A DNA stretch of 64,000 bases, from NCBI GenBank assembly GCA_963728575.1, contig CAVSKT010000007.1:23357-87356 (forward strand). Direction: 5' to 3'. Made by a program: the position numbers and the translations under genes. The stretch comes from an uncultured Acidobacteriota bacterium. GTDB lineage: Bacteria > Acidobacteriota > Blastocatellia > Pyrinomonadales > Pyrinomonadaceae. The notes beneath the pieces are model-generated. The model did not search any database. It was not told where the DNA came from and saw only the letters and a list, made by a program, of their open reading frames with translations. Shown one piece after another: positions 23,468 through 32,755 of the stretch; the first letter of the stretch is position 1; every line of letters starts with the position of its first letter.

Positions 23468-23694
23468 GTTTCCGTTTGGAGTTCAACCGGCTTTCCCGAA
23501 AAGTATTCGAGTCGCATGTAGCGACGAAATATTTCTCGCGCAAAGGGCGCAAAGGCGCAAAGAAAACCCCTTGGAAACGCGTAGCGCTTTGCGCCTTTGC
23601 GTGGGACATCTTCTCCGCATAAGGCACTTTTCGGGCAAAGCCAGCTCAAGCTTCAGGTTGCCGAAAGAGGCGAGCTTGAACTCCAAACGGGAAC
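23468..23694. repeat. Composite nested palindromic element directly 3' of the M2 peptidase gene
   Basis: Outer arms are TCCGTTTGGAGTTCAA (23471-23486) and TTGAACTCCAAACGG (23676-23690). Second-level arms are GCTTTCCCGAAAAGT and ACTTTTCGGGCAAAGC. The inner GCAAAGG-type hairpin spans 23539-23601. Confidence 0.75.
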
Positions 23695-23695
23695 C

Positions 23696-25534
23696 TCATT
23701 TCTGAGCTGCATTCTGCTCATCCAGCCATGACTTCAGTGGCGCGAAGTAATCGATGATCGCGGTTGCGTCCATCTTATCTTCGCCCGTCATAGCCTTCAG
23801 TGCAGCCGGCCAGGGCTGACTCGCTCCCATCGCCAGCATCGATTTCAGTTTTTCACCAGCCTGCTTGTTGCCGTAGATCGAACACTGGTAAAGCGGACCG
23901 CTAAATCCTGCTTCGCGACACAACGCCCGGTGAAACTGAAACTGGAGAATCGCCGCGAGGAAGTAACGCGCGTACGGCGTGTTCGCCGGTACGTGATACT
24001 TTGCTCCCGGATCAAAATCCTGTTCACTGCGTGCCACTGGCGGCGCCACACCCTGATACTTCTCACGCAACTCCCACCAGAACTTGTTGTACTCGTTTGG
24101 CGTGACCTTGCCCGAAAAGACGTTCCAACGCCATTGGTCCACGATGTATCCAAACGGCAGGAATGCGACCTTGTCGAGCGCTCGATTCAACAGAAACCCG
24201 ATGTCTGCACGAGGGTCAGGAACCTGATTAATCAGACCAAGCTGTTTCAGATAAGGCGGTGTTACTGACAACGCGATCGTATCCCCGATCGCTTCGTGAA
24301 ACGCGTCATTCGCGCTCTCGCGAAAAAGGTACGGTTGACCAGCATAGGCCATCTGATAATAGTTGTGGCCCAACTCGTGGTGCACAGTTGAAAAATCCTC
24401 TTCGTTGATCTGCACACACTGCTTTAGTCGCACATCTTTTTCGTAGTCGATGTCCCACGCGCTCGCGTGGCAAACAACTTCACGATCCGTCGGCTTTGCG
24501 AAGAGTGACCGTTCCCAGAACGTCTGCGGCAGCGCTTCGAAGCCCACTGAAGTGAAGAACGATTCGCCATACCGCACCATCTGCTTCTCATCCGTCTTTC
24601 TCGCTTTGAGGATCTCCGTCAGGTCGTAACCACGGTCGGCATTGGCGGGCGCAAGTAATGGATAGATATTGCCCCATTGTTGGGCCCACATGTTTCCGAG
24701 CAAGTGCGCCGGGATCGGTTTGTCGAGGGGGACCAGCGTTGGGCCATATTTCTCCGACAATTTGCGCCGCGTATAGGTGTAAAGCGAGTCGTAGAGAGGC
24801 TTGACTTGCAGCCACAACCTTTCCATCTCCGCGGCGAAGGCAGCGGGTTCCATATCGTACTTCGAACGCCACATCGCGCCCGTGTCGTCAAAGCCCATTT
24901 CCTTGGCGCCTTTGTTACTGAGTTCAACAAACCGCACATAGTCTTTGCGAATCGGAACCGCGATCTGGTGCCATCCCAACCACGCTCTCTTCAATTCTTC
25001 CGGATCGCGACTCGTGCCGATAATGTCCTCGAGATCACCGAGGCTGAGACACTTTCCCTTGTCGCCCTCCGGACAATACTTACCTTTACCGTAGTCGCCT
25101 TCCATGCCGGCTGCCAGTTTTGTGAGTTCTTTGCGTTCGTCCGGATTTTTGGGCGCGGGAAGTGTCAGAGCGAGCTTGAGCAATTTCAGTTTGCGTTTGC
25201 CTTCGGGCGAGAGGTCCACGTTTTCATAGCGCCGCGACTGTTCGCCAAGTTCGGTGGTCGCCGCTATCAGAGCTTCGTTTGCGTCGGCGGCGATCGCTTC
25301 CGTGTCGTCGGTGATGAATGTGCTCTTCACCCAGTCGGCGCGACCCGCTTTGATGTTGAGATCCAACAGGCGCTTTTCAGCGTCGGCAAGGAATTTCTCT
25401 GCATCGTCTTTGGTCGCGGAGCCGGATATCGAGGTTGAATTCGGATTATCAGTACATGACATAAGCGAAAGTCCCACACAAAGACACAAGAAAGCACCAA
25501 GCCACAAGTGGTGGCGCCGATAAGTGATTTTCAC
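23696..25534 (-). CDS. M2-family peptidyl-dipeptidase (bacterial angiotensin-converting-enzyme homologue), probable lipoprotein
   Basis: 612-aa ORF with HEXXH in VHHELGHNYYQ and the downstream FHEAIGD third ligand typical of M2. N-terminal lipobox-like LSLMSC. Confidence 0.85.
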   Translation of the reverse strand: MKITYRRHHLWLGAFLCLCVGLSLMSCTDNPNSTSISGSATKDDAEKFLADAEKRLLDLNIKAGRADWVKSTFITDDTEAIAADANEALIAATTELGEQSRRYENVDLSPEGKRKLKLLKLALTLPAPKNPDERKELTKLAAGMEGDYGKGKYCPEGDKGKCLSLGDLEDIIGTSRDPEELKRAWLGWHQIAVPIRKDYVRFVELSNKGAKEMGFDDTGAMWRSKYDMEPAAFAAEMERLWLQVKPLYDSLYTYTRRKLSEKYGPTLVPLDKPIPAHLLGNMWAQQWGNIYPLLAPANADRGYDLTEILKARKTDEKQMVRYGESFFTSVGFEALPQTFWERSLFAKPTDREVVCHASAWDIDYEKDVRLKQCVQINEEDFSTVHHELGHNYYQMAYAGQPYLFRESANDAFHEAIGDTIALSVTPPYLKQLGLINQVPDPRADIGFLLNRALDKVAFLPFGYIVDQWRWNVFSGKVTPNEYNKFWWELREKYQGVAPPVARSEQDFDPGAKYHVPANTPYARYFLAAILQFQFHRALCREAGFSGPLYQCSIYGNKQAGEKLKSMLAMGASQPWPAALKAMTGEDKMDATAIIDYFAPLKSWLDEQNAAQK

Positions 25535-25595
25535 TTTAACCTTCCTTTAGAAGTAGTGATGGGTGAGGTCCATCCACAAGTTCCATTCGTGGGGG

Positions 25596-25829
25596 CTACG
25601 GATGAACAAGACCCTTCTTGATGTTTCGTTGCCACGCTTCGTAGTTTCTAATCCGGCGTTTGGCTTGTTTTCGGGTCAGTTTCATTTCCTGGGCTACATA
25701 ATCGATACGCTGGGTTCGGTCCTTTTTCTTGTCAAACCGATCACCCGGCGCTCTAAGGTAATGCTTGTACGCGAGGGACCATTCTGCTTTCACTTCCTCG
25801 GTGGCTTGAACGCCCCTTGTCTCTGGCAT
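25596..25829 (-). CDS. Small basic hypothetical protein (77 aa)
   Basis: Lys/Arg-rich ORF with an HTH-like segment (RIDYVAQEMKLTRKQAKRRIRNYE). AAGGGA lies about 11 nt upstream. A possible TAGAAT -10 on the minus strand sits at 25870-25875. An overlapping plus-strand ORF looks less protein-like. Confidence 0.4.
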   Translation of the reverse strand: MPETRGVQATEEVKAEWSLAYKHYLRAPGDRFDKKKDRTQRIDYVAQEMKLTRKQAKRRIRNYEAWQRNIKKGLVHP

Positions 25830-25925
25830 GCCTGCGGGCTCCCTTCAGGAGTAATTTTTTCGACTGCGGATTCTACACGGAGGATTTTCGAATTGCGAAC
25901 CTTTCCTGGCGGTTTTAGGAGATTC

Positions 25926-26549
25926 CTAGCTGCGTTTTAGCCAGCGCATCAGGGATAGAGTGCTCAAGACGATTGCAATTCCGATCAACGCGTAAACCAC
26001 ATACGAGACTACGTCAGAGTTTATGAAAGCAATCACCTGACGTCCAAAATATAAGGCCAGAATTGCTTCTACGCCAAATCGTAACAGCCGGCCGACAAAA
26101 ACGGCACTCAAAAGTTTTCCTTTTGGCACTTGCAAAGCAGAGGCTGTCATTACCGCGGGCGTGAACGGAAAAGGAGGCGGTATTAACGTCGCGAGAAATA
26201 CAGTTAAGAAGCCTTTGTTTTCGATCTTCGATTTAACTTTCTCGATCTTTTTCCTACTTACAAAGCGTTCGAGTCCTTTCTCACCGGCCTTGCGCATCAA
26301 CAGGTCGATAACGAACACACCGATGACAGATCCGATCGCCGACACGAGCACGTAACCGATCCAGTTTGGACCTTCTCGATTTGAACTTACGAGCGCGATC
26401 AGCAACAGATCGTTTCCAAAAGGTAGCACGAGAAACGACGAATCGAGCGCACTCATCAGAAGTAGTCCGAATATTCCCATCCTGCGGAAAAAGCGGTAGA
26501 TGGACGTAGTGACACTGAGTAATAGAGCGAGACGTAGATGGTCCAACAA
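25926..26549 (-). CDS. YqaA/DedA-superfamily (VTT domain) membrane protein
   Basis: 207-aa polytopic ORF. LLMSALDSSFLVLPFGNDLLLIALV and PPFPFTPAVM are typical of YqaA-like proteins. Confidence 0.75.
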   Translation of the reverse strand: MLDHLRLALLLSVTTSIYRFFRRMGIFGLLLMSALDSSFLVLPFGNDLLLIALVSSNREGPNWIGYVLVSAIGSVIGVFVIDLLMRKAGEKGLERFVSRKKIEKVKSKIENKGFLTVFLATLIPPPFPFTPAVMTASALQVPKGKLLSAVFVGRLLRFGVEAILALYFGRQVIAFINSDVVSYVVYALIGIAIVLSTLSLMRWLKRS

Positions 26550-26559
26550 AGACTCCTGT

Positions 26560-26754
26560 TTAACTTAATCTAGTGGGTTCAGGCCTGGAGGGGTCTTCTA
26601 TTGGCGGAGGTTTGTCATCCGGTTCGCGAACGGGAGCTGCGGGCCGCGGGTTCGAATCGGGAGGTAATGGAATTGAATCAGGATCTTCGTCCGGATCATA
26701 GGGTGTTGTTGGTTCGATGTCCGGCATCTCCCGCTCGAAAATCCTGCTTGTCAT
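26560..26754 (-). CDS. Small Pro/Asp/Glu-rich protein, translationally coupled to the upstream gene
   Basis: ATG 26754 lies 1 nt after the TAA (26756-26758) of the 648-aa gene. It encodes MTSRIFEREMPDIEPTTPYDPDEDPDSIPLPPDSNPRPAAPV... The low-complexity composition makes coding status uncertain. Confidence 0.35.
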   Translation of the reverse strand: MTSRIFEREMPDIEPTTPYDPDEDPDSIPLPPDSNPRPAAPVREPDDKPPPIEDPSRPEPTRLS

Positions 26755-26755
26755 G

Positions 26756-28702
26756 TTAATCCTGTCTAATAACGATGTTCTCAGCGCGGAACGTTGAAGT
26801 AGCGGTGGGATCGGAACCGAGTAATCCCTTGACGATAGCCAGGCGTACCATGATTCGCGGCTCCGTAAATTGAAAGCGGCCGGCCAATGTTTCCGAACGT
26901 TCAAAATCGCTGCGCGCGAGTCGAGCGAGTTCTTGCCCGTATCGATTGATGGTCGACGTCAATCCGTTTCCACCCTGGATCGACATCTCTCCATCACGAA
27001 ACATGTTGATCTCAAAACCGCTCAACACAGCCGCCGCTGAAAGCAACTCGTTGAGTTGACTAATACCCGGTTCGAGCACTTCAAAGCTCCGCGCAGCATC
27101 GACAGTCGCAAACCCGCGCGCAACTCTCAACTGTTGCTCAAAATGCTCGTAGCTGGTTGCACGACGATTAGTGATTTGTCTTGCTTCGTCCAACAACTGG
27201 AGCGCGAGTTTCGGATCGGTCTTTTGTGTGTCGTTTGCAACCTGGAGCAGCAGCTCGATCTTCTGGTTGTCTGTTTGAAGCCGCGTTACAGCCTGACGAA
27301 CTTCATCGAGGCGAGCGCCTTCAGCCTTCTTCGACAATTCGCGAAAATCGATTCTCTGCATCACCATGTCGCGCGCATTGTTCTGCAAGTGATCGTTAGC
27401 GATTTGGCGTGCGCGTTCAGTGTCTCCTTCTTCCAACGCCTTGAAGGCCGCCTGCTGGTAGAGTCGCGATTTCATCTGCTGTGGCGCCGCTGCGGCCGCC
27501 TGGATCAGAGCATCGGCTGTAGAATTGCCCTGCGTCAACGCAATAGTCGGATTGTAACTAGTTGACAACCCCAATTCCGTCATCTTCTGGCGAACCAAAG
27601 CAGCCTTCGCGGGCAGGAATTGATCGATGATTGGCAGGGCCGGTTGAAGTCCAGCCAGTAAACGTCGCGCGTTGTTTTGTTCGACTTGAGCTTCGGTCGG
27701 CTGTGGTGGACCACTGGTCGGACGAGTGGCGCCCGGAGCAGCCGGCGCACGACGTGGATTTGCCTGTCCGCGTGGTGCCGGCGTCGCTTTCAACGCCGCG
27801 TCGATCACGCTGGATAACAACTCGACGTAAGCAGATTGTTCCAGTGCCGGTCCTCGACGGCTTGTCACGGCTTGTGCGGCATTCGCACCGGCCTGAATTG
27901 GACCAGGAGCAATCAGCGATTGGACGAGCGTGGCGGCTTCGTTGTTCGTCAGAAGATTTGACGCCTGAATTTTTCGGACTGTTTTGTCGGCCAGTTTGTC
28001 AGCAGCTTCGCCATCCTGACGCCGCAGTTGATTGATCACTTCCGGAAGCGCTCGTGGAAACTGTCCTTTCTCCATCATCTGCTCGGCGTTCTGAGCAGCA
28101 AGTTTTGGATCGAGGGCTGCGATGCGTGCGAGTAGAGTTTGTTCGAGATTATCTTCGGACGTGACTTGCGGGCGTGGTCCACGTTGATCAGCCGGTGTTT
28201 GTGCGGGGATTGCCTGTTTGGTTGACGCGAGCAACTGGTAGGCAAGTGTCGCATCATGACGAGCGGCGGCGAGTACCAACTCCTGTCGCAATTGAAAAGA
28301 CCCACGATTGAGCGGGGGAATCGCTGGTTTCACAAAACCAGTCGGGTCTTGCATCGCGGCCTGCATCGCCTCGCTGCGTCGATTAACAGCTTCCTGCTGA
28401 GTCCGATTTAGTTCCGCCACTCCCTCGGCAGCCATCGTGAAAAGCGAACGAGCGCGCCCCTGGTTTTGATCCCAAAGCATGTCGGCCGCATTTATTTGTA
28501 CGCGAACACGATTTTCAGTCATTCGCAGTGACTGGGCTTCGTCGATCACCTGATCCAACAGGCGGTACGCGTTCTTTTCCCGCTCGGCTTTCTTCTCAAG
28601 TTCTTCAGCCGAAGGTTGTTGCGTCGGTTGGTTCTGGGAGAAAACGGGTTCCGCAACGCAGAAGAACCCAATGACCATGGTCAGGGCGAATAGTCTTTTC
28701 AT
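26756..28702 (-). CDS. Secreted alpha-helical-repeat hypothetical protein
   Basis: 648-aa ORF with signal peptide MKRLFALTMVIGFFCVAEPVFSQ. Ala/Gln/Leu/Arg-rich helical composition throughout. No family recognised. Confidence 0.7.
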   Translation of the reverse strand: MKRLFALTMVIGFFCVAEPVFSQNQPTQQPSAEELEKKAEREKNAYRLLDQVIDEAQSLRMTENRVRVQINAADMLWDQNQGRARSLFTMAAEGVAELNRTQQEAVNRRSEAMQAAMQDPTGFVKPAIPPLNRGSFQLRQELVLAAARHDATLAYQLLASTKQAIPAQTPADQRGPRPQVTSEDNLEQTLLARIAALDPKLAAQNAEQMMEKGQFPRALPEVINQLRRQDGEAADKLADKTVRKIQASNLLTNNEAATLVQSLIAPGPIQAGANAAQAVTSRRGPALEQSAYVELLSSVIDAALKATPAPRGQANPRRAPAAPGATRPTSGPPQPTEAQVEQNNARRLLAGLQPALPIIDQFLPAKAALVRQKMTELGLSTSYNPTIALTQGNSTADALIQAAAAAPQQMKSRLYQQAAFKALEEGDTERARQIANDHLQNNARDMVMQRIDFRELSKKAEGARLDEVRQAVTRLQTDNQKIELLLQVANDTQKTDPKLALQLLDEARQITNRRATSYEHFEQQLRVARGFATVDAARSFEVLEPGISQLNELLSAAAVLSGFEINMFRDGEMSIQGGNGLTSTINRYGQELARLARSDFERSETLAGRFQFTEPRIMVRLAIVKGLLGSDPTATSTFRAENIVIRQD

Positions 28703-28819
28703 ATGCTTACCTCTGGGAGAGATAGTCGCCGAATCTTAACACGCGGCCTTAGCCACAAAAAGGCAGTAGGGCAATACTCGTAGAAACTTCTAACCCGGGT
28801 TGCCGTATAATTCCCCGAT

Positions 28820-29443
28820 ATGTACTGCCCCTCCTGCGGTTCTGAGGAACGACAACGAAGCCAGTTCTGCCGGGCCTGCGGCACTGACTTGCGCGTCGTC
28901 CGAAATACCCTCGAGAACCCCGACGCGATCACACAGTCAGCGATTTCGGCCCGCGAACACATCGGGATGGCCGTTGCGGACAAGATTCGCCAGATGAAAA
29001 CGGCGAAGGATCTCGAACACATCGCCGAAGACGTTTTGCCGGAGTTTGAAAAGTTTCTTGAGTCGCCGGAAGAGCGGCGTTTGCGACGAATCCGTAGTGG
29101 AGTAATCACTGCAGCGATCGGATTGGGGGCCAGCATCATTTTTCTTGTCCTCGCGGTAGACAAGCTTGAACTGATTCCGGCTATCACGCCATTTTTCGTC
29201 ACGTTTCTGGTCGGGCTGGGAATGATCATAAACGGGTTGTTGTTCACTCTTCCGCGCAAGAGCCTTCCCGGCGACGTTCGCGACGCGCTCGAGCAAAGAA
29301 TGCTCGATGCAGGAGTTAACAGATCGCTTTACGAAGCACCGGCGCCCGCAAATCTGACAAACGAACTGCCGGCTTCGAACAAGCCTCAGCCTCTCTCGAT
29401 CTCGGAACACACCACGCATCACTTGAACACAAGCAAACCTTAG
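28820..29443 (+). CDS. Zinc-ribbon membrane protein
   Basis: 207-aa ORF. N-terminal MYCPSCGSEERQRSQFCRACG zinc ribbon and two adjacent TM helices (VITAAIGLGASIIFLVL and FFVTFLVGLGMIINGLLF). Confidence 0.7.
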   Translation: MYCPSCGSEERQRSQFCRACGTDLRVVRNTLENPDAITQSAISAREHIGMAVADKIRQMKTAKDLEHIAEDVLPEFEKFLESPEERRLRRIRSGVITAAIGLGASIIFLVLAVDKLELIPAITPFFVTFLVGLGMIINGLLFTLPRKSLPGDVRDALEQRMLDAGVNRSLYEAPAPANLTNELPASNKPQPLSISEHTTHHLNTSKP

Positions 29444-29454
29444 GAGCGTCGGAG

Positions 29455-30207
29455 ATGGCGGTAGTGTTGGAGGGTGGTTGCCGGGTCTCGACAATGCATG
29501 AAGGCGATCCTCACGTCCTCGGTTCACTAAAAATCTGGAATCAAATCGGCAAGGCGGCCGGCGCTGAAGCAATCTCGTTGCGCATACTGGAATTTGGACC
29601 AGGGAGTTCACCGGGGCTACGCAATCGAGAATCTGATGAGGTTCTTTACGTGCTCGAAGGCGCGTGTACTGTCTTGATCGATGGAAACTCATATGAGGTT
29701 GGTCCAGAGACTGGTGTTTATCTGCGACCTGGACAAACATTGATCGTTGAGAATTCCGGACCGGACGTTGTGCAATTCGTGAGCTCGCAGTGTCCGGAGG
29801 AGGCGTTTACAGGTACAGTCGATGATCCGTTGGACCACTCGACATCTCCTCGAGTAACTCCCATCGTGAGACTATCGGATCGCAGAGCGTTGCCGACGGC
29901 TGATCGATGGTATCGGGTTCTTGTTGACGATGAAATTGGGAGCGAGCAGGTGACGCAGTTTGTCGGATCGATTCCTCCGGGCCGCGCGCCGGATCATTTT
30001 CATGAGTATGAGGAAGTGCTGTTCATTCTGCGCGGTGAAGGAAGGATGTGGGCTGGTGAAACAAACACTCCAATCGCGCCCGGTTCATGCATCTATCTTC
30101 CGAAACGACAGCTTCACTGTGTTGAGAACACGGGCGCGGGTGAGTTGCGATTGTTAGGTGCGTTTTACCCCGCGGGCAGCCCAGCGGTTAGATATGAAGT
30201 AACCTGA
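29455..30207 (+). CDS. Bicupin-like protein
   Basis: 250-aa ORF with two cupin-like modules (DEVLYVLEGACTVLIDGN... and HFHEYEEVLFILRGEGRMW...). No specific function is inferable. Confidence 0.65.
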   Translation: MAVVLEGGCRVSTMHEGDPHVLGSLKIWNQIGKAAGAEAISLRILEFGPGSSPGLRNRESDEVLYVLEGACTVLIDGNSYEVGPETGVYLRPGQTLIVENSGPDVVQFVSSQCPEEAFTGTVDDPLDHSTSPRVTPIVRLSDRRALPTADRWYRVLVDDEIGSEQVTQFVGSIPPGRAPDHFHEYEEVLFILRGEGRMWAGETNTPIAPGSCIYLPKRQLHCVENTGAGELRLLGAFYPAGSPAVRYEVT

Positions 30208-30215
30208 ATCCGTCT

Positions 30216-31247
30216 TCATCCGCGTTCATCCGCGTTTACAAAATCTCTGATATCTCTAAACGGTTGGTCGGAATTATTAAAGTCGGGCCGGTAGTAGTGC
30301 GAGGCTCCATCGAACTCCTGCACCCAACCCTCGCTCATTCCTAACTCTTCGAGCGCGGCAGTGGCTTTCATCCATTCCGATTCTCGAATACATCGCGACA
30401 GCAGCACGTAACGCTTGTTCGTTTCCGCCTGGTGTGTCGGGTAATACTGGGCCATCAAAGAGATCGCGACACGCGGACTCAGCTCGTCTCTAATCCACTC
30501 GATCGATTCGGCGATGCTGCCGATGTCGTTAGGCAACACCAGTAAACGCACAACCAAACCACGTTTCAACAATCCATTTTTATCAAACACGAGCTCGTCA
30601 CCCGTTTGCCGGTACATCTCACGCAACGCGAGCCGCGAAAACTCCTTGTAACCACTAACTTTCGAATAGAGATAACCCGACTCGTCGTCAGCATATTTCA
30701 GATCCGGCAGGTAAACATCGACGATGCGATCGAGCAAACGCAAAACTTCAACTGAGTCGTACGCGTTTGTGTTATAGACCACCGGCAGGCGCAAACCTTG
30801 ACGCGCCGCGATTAAAATCGAGCGCGCCATCTGCGGAGCGAAGTGCGTAGGTGAAACGAAATTGATGTTGTGACATCCGCTCGATTGCAGCTCCAGCATC
30901 ATCTCAGCCAAACGCTCGTGCGTAACTTCGTTTTTGAGCTGCTGTTTGTGCGTTTGTGAGATCTGGTAGTTCTGGCAATAGACGCAACGAAGATTGCAGT
31001 TGCCGAAAAAGATATTCCCCGCGCCCTTAGTTCCAACCAACGGCGGCTCCTCGCCGAAGTGTGCTGTGTACGACGAAACGATCGGCAAGCGTCCCGAGTA
31101 ACACGCGGCGATTTCGTCGTTCAAACGATTGTTCAGGCAGTCGCGCGGACAGACCGTGCACCGTTCAAGCAAACGCTCGAGCTCCTCGACTCGCTTTTCA
31201 AGCAAGCCCTCGTCCAGCAACTGTAAATACGATGGCTGATCAGTCAT
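30216..31247 (-). CDS. Radical SAM protein, PflX/COG1313-like (PFL-activase-related)
   Basis: CNLRCVYCQNYQ is a CxxxCxxC motif, with an upstream Cys cluster CTVCPRDC. ATG 31247 (MTDQPSYLQ...) is preferred, because the track start at 31442 would overlap the divergent GntR gene. Confidence 0.85.
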   Translation of the reverse strand: MTDQPSYLQLLDEGLLEKRVEELERLLERCTVCPRDCLNNRLNDEIAACYSGRLPIVSSYTAHFGEEPPLVGTKGAGNIFFGNCNLRCVYCQNYQISQTHKQQLKNEVTHERLAEMMLELQSSGCHNINFVSPTHFAPQMARSILIAARQGLRLPVVYNTNAYDSVEVLRLLDRIVDVYLPDLKYADDESGYLYSKVSGYKEFSRLALREMYRQTGDELVFDKNGLLKRGLVVRLLVLPNDIGSIAESIEWIRDELSPRVAISLMAQYYPTHQAETNKRYVLLSRCIRESEWMKATAALEELGMSEGWVQEFDGASHYYRPDFNNSDQPFRDIRDFVNADERG

Positions 31248-31295
31248 TCTTCTGAAGTATAATCCGTTGAACTTTGAAAACCTGTCAAATCTCCC

Positions 31296-32189
31296 ATGCG
31301 TATCTGGATCTCCAAAAACAGTGAAGTCCCCATTCGCGAGCAATTGGTGACGCAGATCGTCCTCGGCATCGTCAGTAACGACCTCAAAGTAGCCGAGCGC
31401 TTGCCAAGCACGCGCGAACTCGCCCGCCGTTACGACATCCACGCCAACACAGTCAGCGCGGCATATCGCGAACTCGCGAAACGAGGATGGGTCGAGTTTC
31501 GAAAGGGAAGCGGCGTTTACGTGCGCGCGCGAAACGACGAGGCGCTCGAAAACGGACTTGCGCTCGACCAGGTCATCTCGCGCTTCTTCAGAAACCTTCG
31601 GGAGGAAGGATACTCACTTGCTGATATCCAAACAGGCATTCAGCGTTCGCTCTCGACGCAACGCCCGGATCATTTTCTGTTGCTCGAACCCGACCCCGAT
31701 CTTCGCGAGATACTCGTCGCGGAGATCTCAACGACAACGAAGGCGAAAGTAAGAGGAGTTGGACCAGACGAAATCAATGGCGCCGCTGGAGGAGTGCCGT
31801 TGGTTCTGTACGGTCACATGGGAGAGTACGCCGATCGCATCAAGCCGGAAACCGACGTACTTGTGCTGCATTCAGCGTCAATCGTGGAGTCGTTTCGAGG
31901 AGAAACAAAACCATCGCGTGAGGCCCTGGTGGCAATCGTGTCGCGCTGGCCGGAGTTTTTGCGATGGGCGCGTACGTTGCTGGTGGCAGCGGGGCTGGAT
32001 GCTGATGCGTTGAGTATTCGCGACGCGCGTGAGCGCAATTGGGAGAAAGGATTGCGATCAGCAGCGTTTGTGATCACTGACTCGTTGATGGCGCCGCGCA
32101 TACCCGCAGGCTGCCCGGTGAAGGTTTTCCGAGTGCTCGCGGAATCGTCGTTGAAAGAGATTCGGGAGTACGCGGAACGCTTCTTTTGA
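31296..32189 (+). CDS. GntR-family transcriptional regulator
   Basis: N-terminal wHTH RLPSTRELARRYDIHANTVSAAYRELAKRGWVEFRKGSGVYV. Divergent from the radical SAM gene across a 48-bp spacer. Confidence 0.85.
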   Translation: MRIWISKNSEVPIREQLVTQIVLGIVSNDLKVAERLPSTRELARRYDIHANTVSAAYRELAKRGWVEFRKGSGVYVRARNDEALENGLALDQVISRFFRNLREEGYSLADIQTGIQRSLSTQRPDHFLLLEPDPDLREILVAEISTTTKAKVRGVGPDEINGAAGGVPLVLYGHMGEYADRIKPETDVLVLHSASIVESFRGETKPSREALVAIVSRWPEFLRWARTLLVAAGLDADALSIRDARERNWEKGLRSAAFVITDSLMAPRIPAGCPVKVFRVLAESSLKEIREYAERFF

Positions 32190-32193
32190 TTTC

Positions 32194-32261
32194 TCTCGCA
32201 AAGGCGCAAAGAGCGCAAAGGAAGAACTCGCTTTCTTTGCGCCTTTGCACCTTTGCGAGGA
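32194..32261. repeat. GCAAAGG-type word-repeat hairpin between convergent genes
   Basis: TCTCGCAAAGGCGCAAAGAGCGCAAAG ... CTTTCTTTGCGCCTTTGCACCTTTGCGAGGA. Confidence 0.8.
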
Positions 32262-32266
32262 GAGAT

Positions 32267-32755
32267 CTATTGCTTTTCTTTCGCGAGGGTCCGCACGTAA
32301 TTCACCACGTGCCAGCGTTCTTCCGCTTCAGTCATGCGCCGCTCACCGGCCGGCATAATTCCTCTTATGCCTTTCGTGATCTTCCAGAAGAGTTCGCCGT
32401 CAGTCATCGCTGTCATGCGCTCTTTGTTCGTGAGATCCGCGGGCTTTCTGCGTAGCTTCGGCAAGTTTGCTTCGTTGCCGGCGCCCGTTTCGCCGTGACA
32501 AAAGATACAGTTCCCTTTGTTTTGAGCGAGATACAGTTCTTTACCTTTGGCGATCGATTCCGGCGTGGCGGCTACCGGGTTTTTCGTCTTGTCGGCGTCC
32601 GCCGGAAGCTCCCAGGTGTTCTTCGAGAAATCCTCCTGACCGCCTCCGCCCGAGGGCTGTGAAAGTATCGATCGGGAGTCGTTGGAATTCTTGTTCGTAG
32701 TTACTGGACTGTTCGCGTTTTGAGTTGACGACTTAACCGCAATTGTTAGAAACAT
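32267..32755 (-). CDS. Class I c-type cytochrome (CxxCH), apparently lacking its signal peptide in this frame
   Basis: 162-aa ORF with CIFCHGETG heme-binding motif and a distal Met region (IRGIMPAG). The N-terminus as called has no export signal. See the 32755-32811 feature. Confidence 0.75.
   Translation of the reverse strand: MFLTIAVKSSTQNANSPVTTNKNSNDSRSILSQPSGGGGQEDFSKNTWELPADADKTKNPVAATPESIAKGKELYLAQNKGNCIFCHGETGAGNEANLPKLRRKPADLTNKERMTAMTDGELFWKITKGIRGIMPAGERRMTEAEERWHVVNYVRTLAKEKQ

Noticed and set aside
24677-25438. 253-aa plus-strand ORF inside the M2 peptidase gene
   Set aside because: It is antisense to a CDS with HEXXH and EAIGD motifs. No motifs are recognisable in it.
26645-26665. 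GGGTTCGAATCGGGAGG, reminiscent of a tRNA T-arm
   Set aside because: The flanking bases do not form the 5-bp T-stem (GCGGG versus CGGGA), and no acceptor or anticodon arms can be built. The sequence lies inside the Pro-rich ORF region.
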